Shown here: positions 27,001 through 35,454 of the stretch, in pieces
Position numbering within the stretch: the first letter of the stretch is position 1
How the letters are laid out: each line of letters opens with the position of its first letter
Assembly: GCA_021734805.1 (NCBI GenBank)
Contig: JAIPIG010000002.1
Span: 5,975 to 69,974 of the forward strand
Direction: 5' to 3'
DNA: 64,000 nt
DNA from: Simkaniaceae bacterium
GTDB taxonomy: Bacteria; Chlamydiota; Chlamydiia; Chlamydiales; JACRBE01
Notes under the pieces: generated by a model
What the model was told of the DNA's origin: nothing
Databases searched by the model: none
What the model saw: only the letters and a program-made list of their open reading frames with translations
Program-made: the position numbers and the translations under genes

Positions 27001-28815
27001 TCATTTCGGTATATGAATAAAGGCGAGTGTTTTTTCTAAAACGGTTTTTTTTGCTTCGGCCGTTTTAAAGCTATGTCCCTCATTTTCAAATAAAACTAAT
27101 TCTCCTAAAGGAAGCGCTTTTTGCAAATGAATCGATTGTTCAACAGGAACAACGCGATCTTTCTTTCCATGAAAGATCAGTGTTGGACATTTGATTTTTG
27201 AAGCGAGAAGAAGGGGGCTTCTTTTCTCAAACCTCTCTTTAGCTTCCGGATAAGTGCCAATTAGATGGTCGGTATAGTGTTTTTCAAATTTATGCGTATC
27301 CTGTATGAGTTTGATGGGATCTGCAACGGGATAGAGAACGATGCAGTGGGAGAAAAGGGGGGAGCGGGCCGCGCTCAGGAGTGCCGTTAATCCCCCGGAA
27401 CTCGATCCCATAATAGCGATGCGCTTTGGGTCAACTCTTTTATTTTCAATTAAATAGGTTACGCCATCAATGACATCCTCAACGTCAAGTTCACCCCATC
27501 GATTCTCAAGGCGGTCGCGATAAGCTTTGCCATATCCGGTTGATCCTCCATAGTTGATTTCAAATACGGCATAGCCATGCGTTGTATAAAATTGCGTTTG
27601 TAAATTCAGTGAAGGTGAAACATGCGATGTCGGTCCGCTATGACATTTGACAATGAGAAAAGGGAGTTCTTTGGTCACTTGATGAGGTAAATATAAAAAC
27701 CCATAGATTTGTTCTCGATGCCGATTAGTCAACTCGATCGATTCGGGAAGTGAAAAATAAGAGGGATCAATAGAGGTTTTTAGAGTGGAATGAATGATTT
27801 GGTGTTCAGATGGTGCAGTTGGATTGAGAAGAATAAGGGAAGAAGCCTCAGTCTCGGTTGAGGCAATCAGCGCAATTTGATTTTGGTAAGCCGTAATGTG
27901 TGTGATTAAATTAAATGGAAGATCATAGCGATAAAGTGTGTTTGTTTTGATATCGATTTTTGCTAGAAAATCACAGCCTTTTTCAGTTCCGACAGCAAAA
28001 AGTTGATTTTCAAGAATACACGTGCGAGTCACCCCGAAGTTCCAAGGTGTTTGAGCAAAATCTGCTTCAGTCCGAATGATGGGTGCTTCGAGATAATCGG
28101 TATGATAGGGATTCCAAAAACCGGTTTTATCCCACATAAAGATGAGCGATCTATTGTCTAAATAGATCGGATCTTGAGCTGATGTGTGGGAAAGAGAGCA
28201 GACCAAAGAGATCGATAGAAAAGCCCCTTGCGGATCAAGAGTGGCTCGCGATACGCTTGATGTATCCCAAGGCATATGTGGATGGTTCCATTCAACCCAA
28301 GTGAGTTCTTCGCCATCAGGGCGTAGAGTAATAGAGCTATAAAAATCAGCCGATTCTGCAACCTTAGTCAGCGTCTTTGTTTTGAGATCAATTTTAGCAA
28401 TAGAGTTGCGCACATCTTGATTAGGAGTGTGCTCTTCTAAAAGGGCGTAGAGATTCTCTCTTAAAGGATCATAAACCGGATCCCCAAAACGGCAATCCTT
28501 TCGATGATAGATTAATTCGGGTCCCTCTTTTGAAAGTTCATAAATTCCTTGATCACTTTGATTGACAAAGAAAATATGATCATCATGAACACAAAAAGCT
28601 CGACCTCCATATTCATGGACGCGCGAGCGAATAGAGAATGTAGAGGATAGGCATTCAACGATCGATTGTCCATCATAAGATAAAAGAGTTGTGCGCCCCC
28701 CCTCATTAGGCCTCGTTTCGGTAAAATAAAGGTGCGAAGAGGTTGATTGCAGTCCTGATATGGAGCTGAGATTAGATGCAGCTTCATCAGAAGAAATCAC
28801 AGCAGGGTGTTTCAT
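27001..28815 (-). CDS. S9-family serine peptidase (prolyl oligopeptidase / acylaminoacyl-peptidase-like)
   Basis: 604 aa. N-terminal beta-propeller-like region and a C-terminal alpha/beta hydrolase domain with nucleophile motif GSSSGG, followed by GKKDRVVP and EGHSF. Confidence 0.86.
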   Translation of the reverse strand: MKHPAVISSDEAASNLSSISGLQSTSSHLYFTETRPNEGGRTTLLSYDGQSIVECLSSTFSIRSRVHEYGGRAFCVHDDHIFFVNQSDQGIYELSKEGPELIYHRKDCRFGDPVYDPLRENLYALLEEHTPNQDVRNSIAKIDLKTKTLTKVAESADFYSSITLRPDGEELTWVEWNHPHMPWDTSSVSRATLDPQGAFLSISLVCSLSHTSAQDPIYLDNRSLIFMWDKTGFWNPYHTDYLEAPIIRTEADFAQTPWNFGVTRTCILENQLFAVGTEKGCDFLAKIDIKTNTLYRYDLPFNLITHITAYQNQIALIASTETEASSLILLNPTAPSEHQIIHSTLKTSIDPSYFSLPESIELTNRHREQIYGFLYLPHQVTKELPFLIVKCHSGPTSHVSPSLNLQTQFYTTHGYAVFEINYGGSTGYGKAYRDRLENRWGELDVEDVIDGVTYLIENKRVDPKRIAIMGSSSGGLTALLSAARSPLFSHCIVLYPVADPIKLIQDTHKFEKHYTDHLIGTYPEAKERFEKRSPLLLASKIKCPTLIFHGKKDRVVPVEQSIHLQKALPLGELVLFENEGHSFKTAEAKKTVLEKTLAFIHIPK

Positions 28816-29159
28816 TTAGGGGTGAGTTCCGTATGTTTTTTTGCATTCCCTCTACAAAGATGAATAGGATACTTCTTTTTCGTTTTTTCCAGTTTATCAA
28901 ACGCGCAATCAATCACATCGATATCAAATTTCATAGCGAGCAATAATAAAGAGTTAAGCACATCGCCGATCTCTTCCTTAAAAGCTTCCATTTTATTGGA
29001 GTCATCGAGGTGTTTATCATCGTTGTGCCAAACAAAATGTTCGAGAACTTCCGATGCCTCTATTGATAAATCAATGGCCAAGTTTTTAGCCGTATGGAAC
29101 TGTTCCCATTCCCGCTCTTCAACAAACTGTTTTAAATCTGTTTTGAGTTTATCTAACAT
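28812..29159 (-). CDS. MazG-like nucleotide pyrophosphohydrolase (small all-alpha NTP-PPase)
   Basis: EREWEQFHTAKNLAIDLSIEASEVLEHFVW and EIGDVLNSLLLLAMKFDIDVIDCAFDKLEKTKKKYP. Start placed at the internal Met (MLDKLK); the ORF could begin at 29183. Confidence 0.78.
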   Translation of the reverse strand: MLDKLKTDLKQFVEEREWEQFHTAKNLAIDLSIEASEVLEHFVWHNDDKHLDDSNKMEAFKEEIGDVLNSLLLLAMKFDIDVIDCAFDKLEKTKKKYPIHLCRGNAKKHTELTPK

Positions 29160-29931
29160 AACGCCGTCCTTTTTTAAGAGCAATAAGGGAGATTAAAACG
29201 CAAATGACAAAAAATAAAAAGAGAAAAAGTGCTTCATAAAATACGTGAATTGATGCCGGAGTTAATACGGAAAGCCGTAATCCCTGAATGAGATAAAAAA
29301 TTGGATTGATGCGGGCGATATTTTGCCAGATAGGGGACAACATATCGAGAGAGAAAAAGACCCCGCCGAGATAAATTAAAGGGGTGAGAATGAAGGATCC
29401 AAAAATGCTCACTTGCTCAAAGCTGCGTGAAAACATGGCAATAACCATGCCAAGAGAAGAAAAAGAGGCTGCACCGAATAAGAGAAAAAAAAGCATGTAA
29501 AACGGATGATGAATCTTCATGAAATAACCGTTATAAATTAAACAGAATATGGTGCCGACTAGGAATGTGAGAAACGCTGTGATAAGTCCTCTAATAATTG
29601 CTGCGCCCATGATGCCTTTAACGATTTGCAGTCTCGAGAGAGGCGCTGTCCGCAGATCTTGGAGTTCATTGACGTATTTAGATCCGATAATGGAGCTTGT
29701 CGTATTTTCATAAGAGCCTCTGACAATATTCATCATGACAAGTCCCGGAATGAGAAACTCAAGGTAGGAGACATGTAGGGGTGATTTAACAAAGGCCCCT
29801 ATGCTGATACCGAAAATTGCAAGATACAGTGTCGATGTAATGATGGGAGATCCCACTGTTTGAAATGGAACTTTGAGAAAACGAGCTATTTCGCGTTTAA
29901 AGAGGCCAAAAACCTGTGTTAACCATTGCAT
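29149..29931 (-). CDS. ABC-2 type transporter permease
   Basis: 260 aa, 6 TM. It directly follows an ABC ATPase gene in the same orientation. Confidence 0.82.
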   Translation of the reverse strand: MQWLTQVFGLFKREIARFLKVPFQTVGSPIITSTLYLAIFGISIGAFVKSPLHVSYLEFLIPGLVMMNIVRGSYENTTSSIIGSKYVNELQDLRTAPLSRLQIVKGIMGAAIIRGLITAFLTFLVGTIFCLIYNGYFMKIHHPFYMLFFLLFGAASFSSLGMVIAMFSRSFEQVSIFGSFILTPLIYLGGVFFSLDMLSPIWQNIARINPIFYLIQGLRLSVLTPASIHVFYEALFLFLFFVICVLISLIALKKGRRYVR

Positions 29932-29945
29932 GCGGTTATTTCCTC

Positions 29946-30845
29946 CTATTCATGATTCAGAATTTGGGTAAAGATATCTTCGAGTTTTCCTTCTTCGACA
30001 GAAATATCGGAAAAAGCGTGATGGCTTAATTGAATATCTTCTAATAAATTGGATACGCTAAATGCTTGGGGGGCTTTAAAAACCAATTCCTTTTCAGTTT
30101 GTCGATAGAGATGGGGGTGATGAATGGAATGGATGGGTTTAGTTAAAAATAAAGTAATGGTGCGAATCCCCATGGTATGAATCAATTCGAGTTTAGGGGT
30201 GACTTTAATGAGTTTACCATTCCGGATAATTCCAAGCCGATCACATAATTTTTCTGCCTCTTCGAGGTAATGGGTTGTGAGGAGAATCGAAACCCCTTCC
30301 TCTTTGAGTTGAAAAATGAGATCCCATAAATTGTGTCTCAGTTCGACATCAACACCTGCAGTCGGTTCATCGAGTAGGAGGAGTTTTGGGTTGTGAATCA
30401 GTGCTTTTGCAATCAGCAGACGTCGTTTCATGCCTCCGCTGAGTTGACTAATCAGTTTGCCTCGATGATGGTAGAGATCGATTTTTTTGAGGAGATCGTC
30501 AATGCGCGCATCGACATGAACCAGTCCATAATATGAGGCGTGAAAATGCATGATTTCTTTCACTGTGAAATACCCATGATGGATCAGCTCTTGAGGAACA
30601 CATCCAAGAAGAAATTTAGCGGCACGCGCTTCTTTGATATTGTCTTTCCCAAAAATTTCAATATGACCTGAAGAGGGTTCTTCTAAAGTTGTAATACATG
30701 AAATCGTTGTGGTCTTGCCTGCACCATTTGGGCCAAGCAGACCGAAAATTTCGCCCTCTCTCAGCTCAAAAGAAATATCTTGGACAGCAGTATTTGGGCC
30801 ATATTTTTTAATTAAATGGTCAACTTTTAGTGGGGGATGGATCAT
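29946..30845 (-). CDS. ABC transporter ATP-binding protein (ABC-2 exporter type)
   Basis: Walker A GPNGAGKTT, signature LSGGMKRRLLIAKAL, Walker B LLLLDEPTAGVD. Confidence 0.9.
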   Translation of the reverse strand: MIHPPLKVDHLIKKYGPNTAVQDISFELREGEIFGLLGPNGAGKTTTISCITTLEEPSSGHIEIFGKDNIKEARAAKFLLGCVPQELIHHGYFTVKEIMHFHASYYGLVHVDARIDDLLKKIDLYHHRGKLISQLSGGMKRRLLIAKALIHNPKLLLLDEPTAGVDVELRHNLWDLIFQLKEEGVSILLTTHYLEEAEKLCDRLGIIRNGKLIKVTPKLELIHTMGIRTITLFLTKPIHSIHHPHLYRQTEKELVFKAPQAFSVSNLLEDIQLSHHAFSDISVEEGKLEDIFTQILNHE

Positions 30846-30870
30846 GCATTTTGTCTCGGTAAATCTTTAT

Positions 30871-31329
30871 TTAAGCTTTTTTTCTATCTAAAAGTAAGTG
30901 GCCCATATCTGAAATACATAGCCCTGAAAAACAGTACAATACGGATGTTTTATGCACATTGTAAAAGTGTAAAATGGGGTTTAGAGACATTGTTTTTTTG
31001 TAGATGAAAGTATAAATAATGATGAAAAGAAAGGCAAGCCATGCAATGCGTGTTAGAGTTCCGATAATGAGCCAATGGGAAATGCCCCGATGGGCGAATA
31101 TTTTGCTATAAGGGCGAAAAGGAAGTGTCATCAAGCCTCTTAAAGAGAAGAGTTTGATTTTATTTGCAATATCGCTATCGGGAGACATAAAGAGGGTGGC
31201 ATAGCCAAAGGCTGCAATGAATATATATAGATCAAAACGAGTAGGTTGTAAAAAGTAAATGATTGCAAAGGCTGCAAGAGGGAGGATGAGAAGTAAGTTA
31301 AAAAAAGAATGTGTTCTATAGTTGGCCAT
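30871..31329 (-). CDS. Small membrane protein, possibly a metal-binding DUF2227/YdjM-like hydrolase-fold protein
   Basis: 152 aa, 4-5 hydrophobic helices. Has an N-terminal MANYRTHS motif and HRGISHW. The family assignment is from memory only. Confidence 0.4.
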   Translation of the reverse strand: MANYRTHSFFNLLLILPLAAFAIIYFLQPTRFDLYIFIAAFGYATLFMSPDSDIANKIKLFSLRGLMTLPFRPYSKIFAHRGISHWLIIGTLTRIAWLAFLFIIIYTFIYKKTMSLNPILHFYNVHKTSVLYCFSGLCISDMGHLLLDRKKA

Positions 31330-31438
31330 CGATTAAATCTTAGAGGGGGATATAATTTAATGCAATATAGAGGTTTTTACTCGCTTTTTTCTTTCCCAAA
31401 ACAACGGTTCGTAATTTTTTGAGAAATCGAGTAAAAGG

Positions 31439-33565
31439 TTATAAGTGAGCTGCGACAGGGTCAAACGTTTGATTGATGATCTGAGTTTTTTGCCAGCTTT
31501 TAATGCCTTCTGTCATTGAAATAAGAAGGTTTTCATAGTCTTTAGGCGTATCGTATTGATACAGATAACCAAAACAAAAGATGTCATGTGGACTAATGGC
31601 TGATGAAGTGAGGCTGCTTGAATCAAACTGGGCTCTTTCAATGCTATCTTTAATGACTTCTTTAAAAGAGGGGTTCATCGAGCCTAACATTAAAATAAAG
31701 TAGTTATCGACGATCTGCATCTGCATAAAATAGGGCTGATGTGTGTAATCGTGTTCAGTCGCCTGTAAAAGCATGATGAATTGCTTCTTCAAAATGCGAG
31801 GAGGCAAGACAGACTGCATGTAAACAGGCATGAGGGAATAAAAATAATTTTCGATCAGAAAGTCATTTTGTATATTGTCTTGTGCTAATAGCTTAGTTAG
31901 CTCTTGAAGAGCTTCATTTTGTTTTGAAATCATACCACCGTTATAATCCCTTATTTCTCCGATAACCTTTGTAATTCCATCATAAACGACTCGCCTAGCT
32001 TCATACAAGTCTAAAGAAAAATCTTCACGTAAAAAATGCTTTTTATCGAGATAAACTTCAAAAACATTGGCCTCTTTCATATAGCGTTTCCGAAGGAGTC
32101 CCATTGATTTTAATTCATAATTTTCAATGCGCATATGATGAAGGTATTTTGAAAGAAGGTTTTTGATCGGTTGATCGCCCGGGCGTAAAATGCGAGCCAA
32201 TACAACAATAAACGAAAGGGTCTGATCAGTTTGTTTGTGAAATGAGATATTGGCTTGAGGGATATCATGGACATATTTGAGTTGGTTGCACAAAGTGAGA
32301 ATATTGCGCATGACCTCTTCTTCGTTTTTTTGCATAAAAATAGGATTAATGATCGTTTCAATGCGCAGTTTAATTTCAGACGGAAGGCGTTGTTTAATTA
32401 ATCCGATTTCATGAGGGGAAAAGGGGAGGCAGCCTTCCTTTTCAAATTCGATATACAAATTGCGAACGGAGCCGCTTTTTCTCATCTCAGCATATGAACC
32501 GCTAACTTTTTTAATATTGGAGACAATCGCTTCTACTGATTTGATGAGATGGCGCTCTTCAAAAAGTTCATTCTCTCTTAAAAGATTGAGGCTTATAACA
32601 AGGCCGATAATAGGGCAATTTTTTTGATCGTTTAGAAGATGTGTTTTTAAAACCTTGAATGAGAGGTGGCGTAAGTTAGGATGTAAAATAGTTAAATTAC
32701 TTATCATTTTTTTAAATAAGTAGAGATAAGCGATAATACGGGTCAGATGCTTGCTTGTTCGAAGGGCGAGAAAGTGGTCATTGAACAGTGTTAAACTCTC
32801 GTTGAGCTCATTAAAAACACCTCTTTCAAAAATTTGAGGACGGTGTTCGAGAAGAGGGGCGATTTGCTCCTTAATTTCTTCTACTTTTTCCTCTGCCAGA
32901 ATTTTAATTAAAAATTGGTGTGTCTGATCAAAAATCGTCTCATCAATGTTTTGCTTTGGCCTTCCTAAAAGAGAAGCGATATTTTCTTGAATAATGATTT
33001 TCTTTTGATCGAGTGTTAGGTTCTTTTGATCGACAATTTTTCTTGCGTACTGAACGGATAGGATGTTGAGTTTAATTTGGCGTAAAAGGGGGTCACAGTT
33101 AGTTTTAGCCATTTCAAAGTCTTTTTCGGAATCAATCCTAACAAGAACTTCGTGAAAGAAAAAACTGATTTTTGGATATCGAACAAACTCAAAGGCCATA
33201 GAACTGACGCTGATCAAAGGCAGCTGTTTTCCTAATACAAGCCATCGGCTAACCGCTTCGCTAATAAAACGCCCCATTCCATGGGTATATTCCGAATAAG
33301 CGAGAAACTTTAAAGAGATGACATAAGGGGAGGTCAGGCTAAATGAGGATGAGATCAATGGCAGTTGATCTTTAACCTTATTGAAGAAGATTGTGACAGC
33401 CTGCTTATCTTGAGGATCGGGGGCTTTTTCTAAGACGGAAGGGGGAATCATGTTGCTAAGAGCAGCTTCAATGGATTGGGTATAAAGATCGTATTCCCTT
33501 TTGATTGTATCCGGACAATCAAAAGGAAGTCGAATGCGTAAAAGATCTTTGTCTCTCTGTCTCAT
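31439..33565 (-). CDS. Hypothetical protein (708 aa), no recognisable domain
   Basis: Long uninterrupted ORF with normal coding composition. No TM segment, signal peptide or catalytic motif that I recognise. Confidence 0.6.
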   Translation of the reverse strand: MRQRDKDLLRIRLPFDCPDTIKREYDLYTQSIEAALSNMIPPSVLEKAPDPQDKQAVTIFFNKVKDQLPLISSSFSLTSPYVISLKFLAYSEYTHGMGRFISEAVSRWLVLGKQLPLISVSSMAFEFVRYPKISFFFHEVLVRIDSEKDFEMAKTNCDPLLRQIKLNILSVQYARKIVDQKNLTLDQKKIIIQENIASLLGRPKQNIDETIFDQTHQFLIKILAEEKVEEIKEQIAPLLEHRPQIFERGVFNELNESLTLFNDHFLALRTSKHLTRIIAYLYLFKKMISNLTILHPNLRHLSFKVLKTHLLNDQKNCPIIGLVISLNLLRENELFEERHLIKSVEAIVSNIKKVSGSYAEMRKSGSVRNLYIEFEKEGCLPFSPHEIGLIKQRLPSEIKLRIETIINPIFMQKNEEEVMRNILTLCNQLKYVHDIPQANISFHKQTDQTLSFIVVLARILRPGDQPIKNLLSKYLHHMRIENYELKSMGLLRKRYMKEANVFEVYLDKKHFLREDFSLDLYEARRVVYDGITKVIGEIRDYNGGMISKQNEALQELTKLLAQDNIQNDFLIENYFYSLMPVYMQSVLPPRILKKQFIMLLQATEHDYTHQPYFMQMQIVDNYFILMLGSMNPSFKEVIKDSIERAQFDSSSLTSSAISPHDIFCFGYLYQYDTPKDYENLLISMTEGIKSWQKTQIINQTFDPVAAHL

Positions 33566-33673
33566 ATGTCAATTTAATGAATTAATTTTTAAAGATATTT
33601 ATTATGCCAGTATTTGTAAATAATAAAGATTACTTGAAGGGTTTTATGTGCTTCGCATCTCTTCATTTCGGCA

Positions 33674-33830
33674 TTATCTAGACTTTGCAACTCAATTAGT
33701 GGGGCCGCCTGCCTCGGTCTTTGCGCATCATGCGCTCGACCTATGGTCGAACTGGGAGATTATTAACTCCCTAGAGAACAAATATCTCGGGGCCTTCGGG
33801 TCCACTAATTGAGTTACAAAGTCGAGATAA
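33674..33830. repeat. 157-nt structured palindromic element (E1): 29-bp terminal inverted repeats around a 99-nt core of small hairpins
   Basis: Left arm TTATCTAGACTTTGCAACTCAATTAGTGG (33674..33702) pairs with right arm 33802..33830 at 27 of 29 positions. The core holds hairpins at 33723..33735, 33737..33749, 33754..33771 and 33790..33803 (TTCG loop on the + strand). The right arm contains the oppA stop codon. Confidence 0.8.
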
Positions 33831-35451
33831 TCTCGTTAAAATAAAAACCTCCCGTAGGATTGGTTTTAAGGTTTTGAATATAAGGTTGAACAATAAATTG
33901 AGCAGTCGGATGAAATAAAGGGATAATTGCCGTTTCCTTGAGTAAAATAGCCTCAGCATCATTAAGTAGTTGTTGCCTTTGGGCAAAGTGATATTCAAAC
34001 ATTGATCGATTTAAAAGAGCAATAAATTCTTCCGATTCCCATCCCGGATAATTTTTAGGATTATCGCGATAGGCAAAGCGTTCAAGTAAGTTGACCGCAT
34101 CAAAATACTGAGCAAAACAAAATGTTAAAGCGAGATCGTATTGTCGATGAGCTAAGTTATTGATCAGTAATTTGGGCTCATTGGGAGCAAGCTGGATATT
34201 GATCTTTAAGGCGTTTTTAAGCTGCTCCTGTAAAATACAAGCGACTTTGTAAGATAGCTGATCGGTTGAGTAGGACAAATTTAGCACCTTTAGATCACTC
34301 ATTTGGATTTTCAGCTCATCAAGAGCCAAAGCAAGATGTTTTTGGGCAAGCAAACAGCGATGTTCATAGGTATCATGGTGATTTATAAGCTCACTTTCAG
34401 TGTTACATTTTCCTCCAAGAATGGGAGGGATGATTCCAAGTGCAATTGTTTGAGGATCAAGCCCTATCCCGGTAACGAGTTGGTCTCGATCAATAGCATA
34501 AAAAATTGCTTTGCGAAAGTGCCAATGATTCAGAAGAGGGGATTGTGTATTGATGCTTAAATAATGAGTTCCGGCTAGGGGTTGGAAGTGCAAATGATGT
34601 TCCCCTTTAATGTGTTCAATCACATCGATAGGAAGAGTTGTAAAAGGAGTTCCAATGAGGTCGAGTTGTTTGAGTTGATACATTTCATAGGCAGTGAGGG
34701 GGTCTTCAATCAGTGAAATTGAAATTCGATTGAGGAGAACTTTCTCTTTTTCCCAATAAATGGGATTTTTGACGAGTTCAAGACATGAACCGGGCTGATA
34801 TGATTGAATGGTATAGGGACCTATACACGGACAGCCGGTTGGTAGATAAAACACTTCATCCAATTGATTTTCGAGATGCGAAGGAATAGGAAAAAGAGTG
34901 CAAAATGAAGTGATTTCTAAAAAAAAGGGGGCCGGATGTTTGAGTGTTACCCGGAGCGTTTTTTCATCAATTGAGCGTACTCCTACTTGATCTAGGGGAA
35001 TTAATCCTTCTTTGGCTTCTTTTGCATTTAAAATAGGGTAGAGTAAAAAAGCGTTGGATGAAGGGAAACTAGGAGATAAAATAGACTTCCAGCTCAATTC
35101 GAAATCGCGTGCGGTAATGGGTTGTCGATCAGGCCAATAAGCATCTCTTAAATGGAATGTATAAATGCATTTGTCTTTAGAGATCTCAATATGATCGGCA
35201 AGTCCTAATGCTGCCGTTTTTCCGGGGAGCATGCGAGTTAATCCTTCCGATAGAAAGAATTGAAGCGTTGCAGAGGTCATATCACCTGCGCGGCGCGGAT
35301 CAAAGGTAGAAGGGGATGAGGTTAAGTTAATGCGAAAGGGGCGCTCTTTTTCTTCCGCTTTAGGTTTTTTCGAGCAACCCGGTGTCATCAAGCAGCAGAT
35401 AGAAAGGATAAATAATGCGACCCAATGAGTCATAAGCTGTTTTTTCATCAT
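33814..35451 (-). CDS. oppA: Oligopeptide-type ABC substrate-binding lipoprotein (family 5 SBP, OppA-like), paralogue 1
   Basis: 545 aa. Lipoprotein signal LMTPGCSKK. Family-5 SBP length and N-terminal core (FRINLTSSPSTFDPRRAGDMTSATLQFFLSEGLTRM). Confidence 0.82.
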   Translation of the reverse strand: MMKKQLMTHWVALFILSICCLMTPGCSKKPKAEEKERPFRINLTSSPSTFDPRRAGDMTSATLQFFLSEGLTRMLPGKTAALGLADHIEISKDKCIYTFHLRDAYWPDRQPITARDFELSWKSILSPSFPSSNAFLLYPILNAKEAKEGLIPLDQVGVRSIDEKTLRVTLKHPAPFFLEITSFCTLFPIPSHLENQLDEVFYLPTGCPCIGPYTIQSYQPGSCLELVKNPIYWEKEKVLLNRISISLIEDPLTAYEMYQLKQLDLIGTPFTTLPIDVIEHIKGEHHLHFQPLAGTHYLSINTQSPLLNHWHFRKAIFYAIDRDQLVTGIGLDPQTIALGIIPPILGGKCNTESELINHHDTYEHRCLLAQKHLALALDELKIQMSDLKVLNLSYSTDQLSYKVACILQEQLKNALKINIQLAPNEPKLLINNLAHRQYDLALTFCFAQYFDAVNLLERFAYRDNPKNYPGWESEEFIALLNRSMFEYHFAQRQQLLNDAEAILLKETAIIPLFHPTAQFIVQPYIQNLKTNPTGGFYFNEIISTL

Positions 35452-35454
35452 CGT

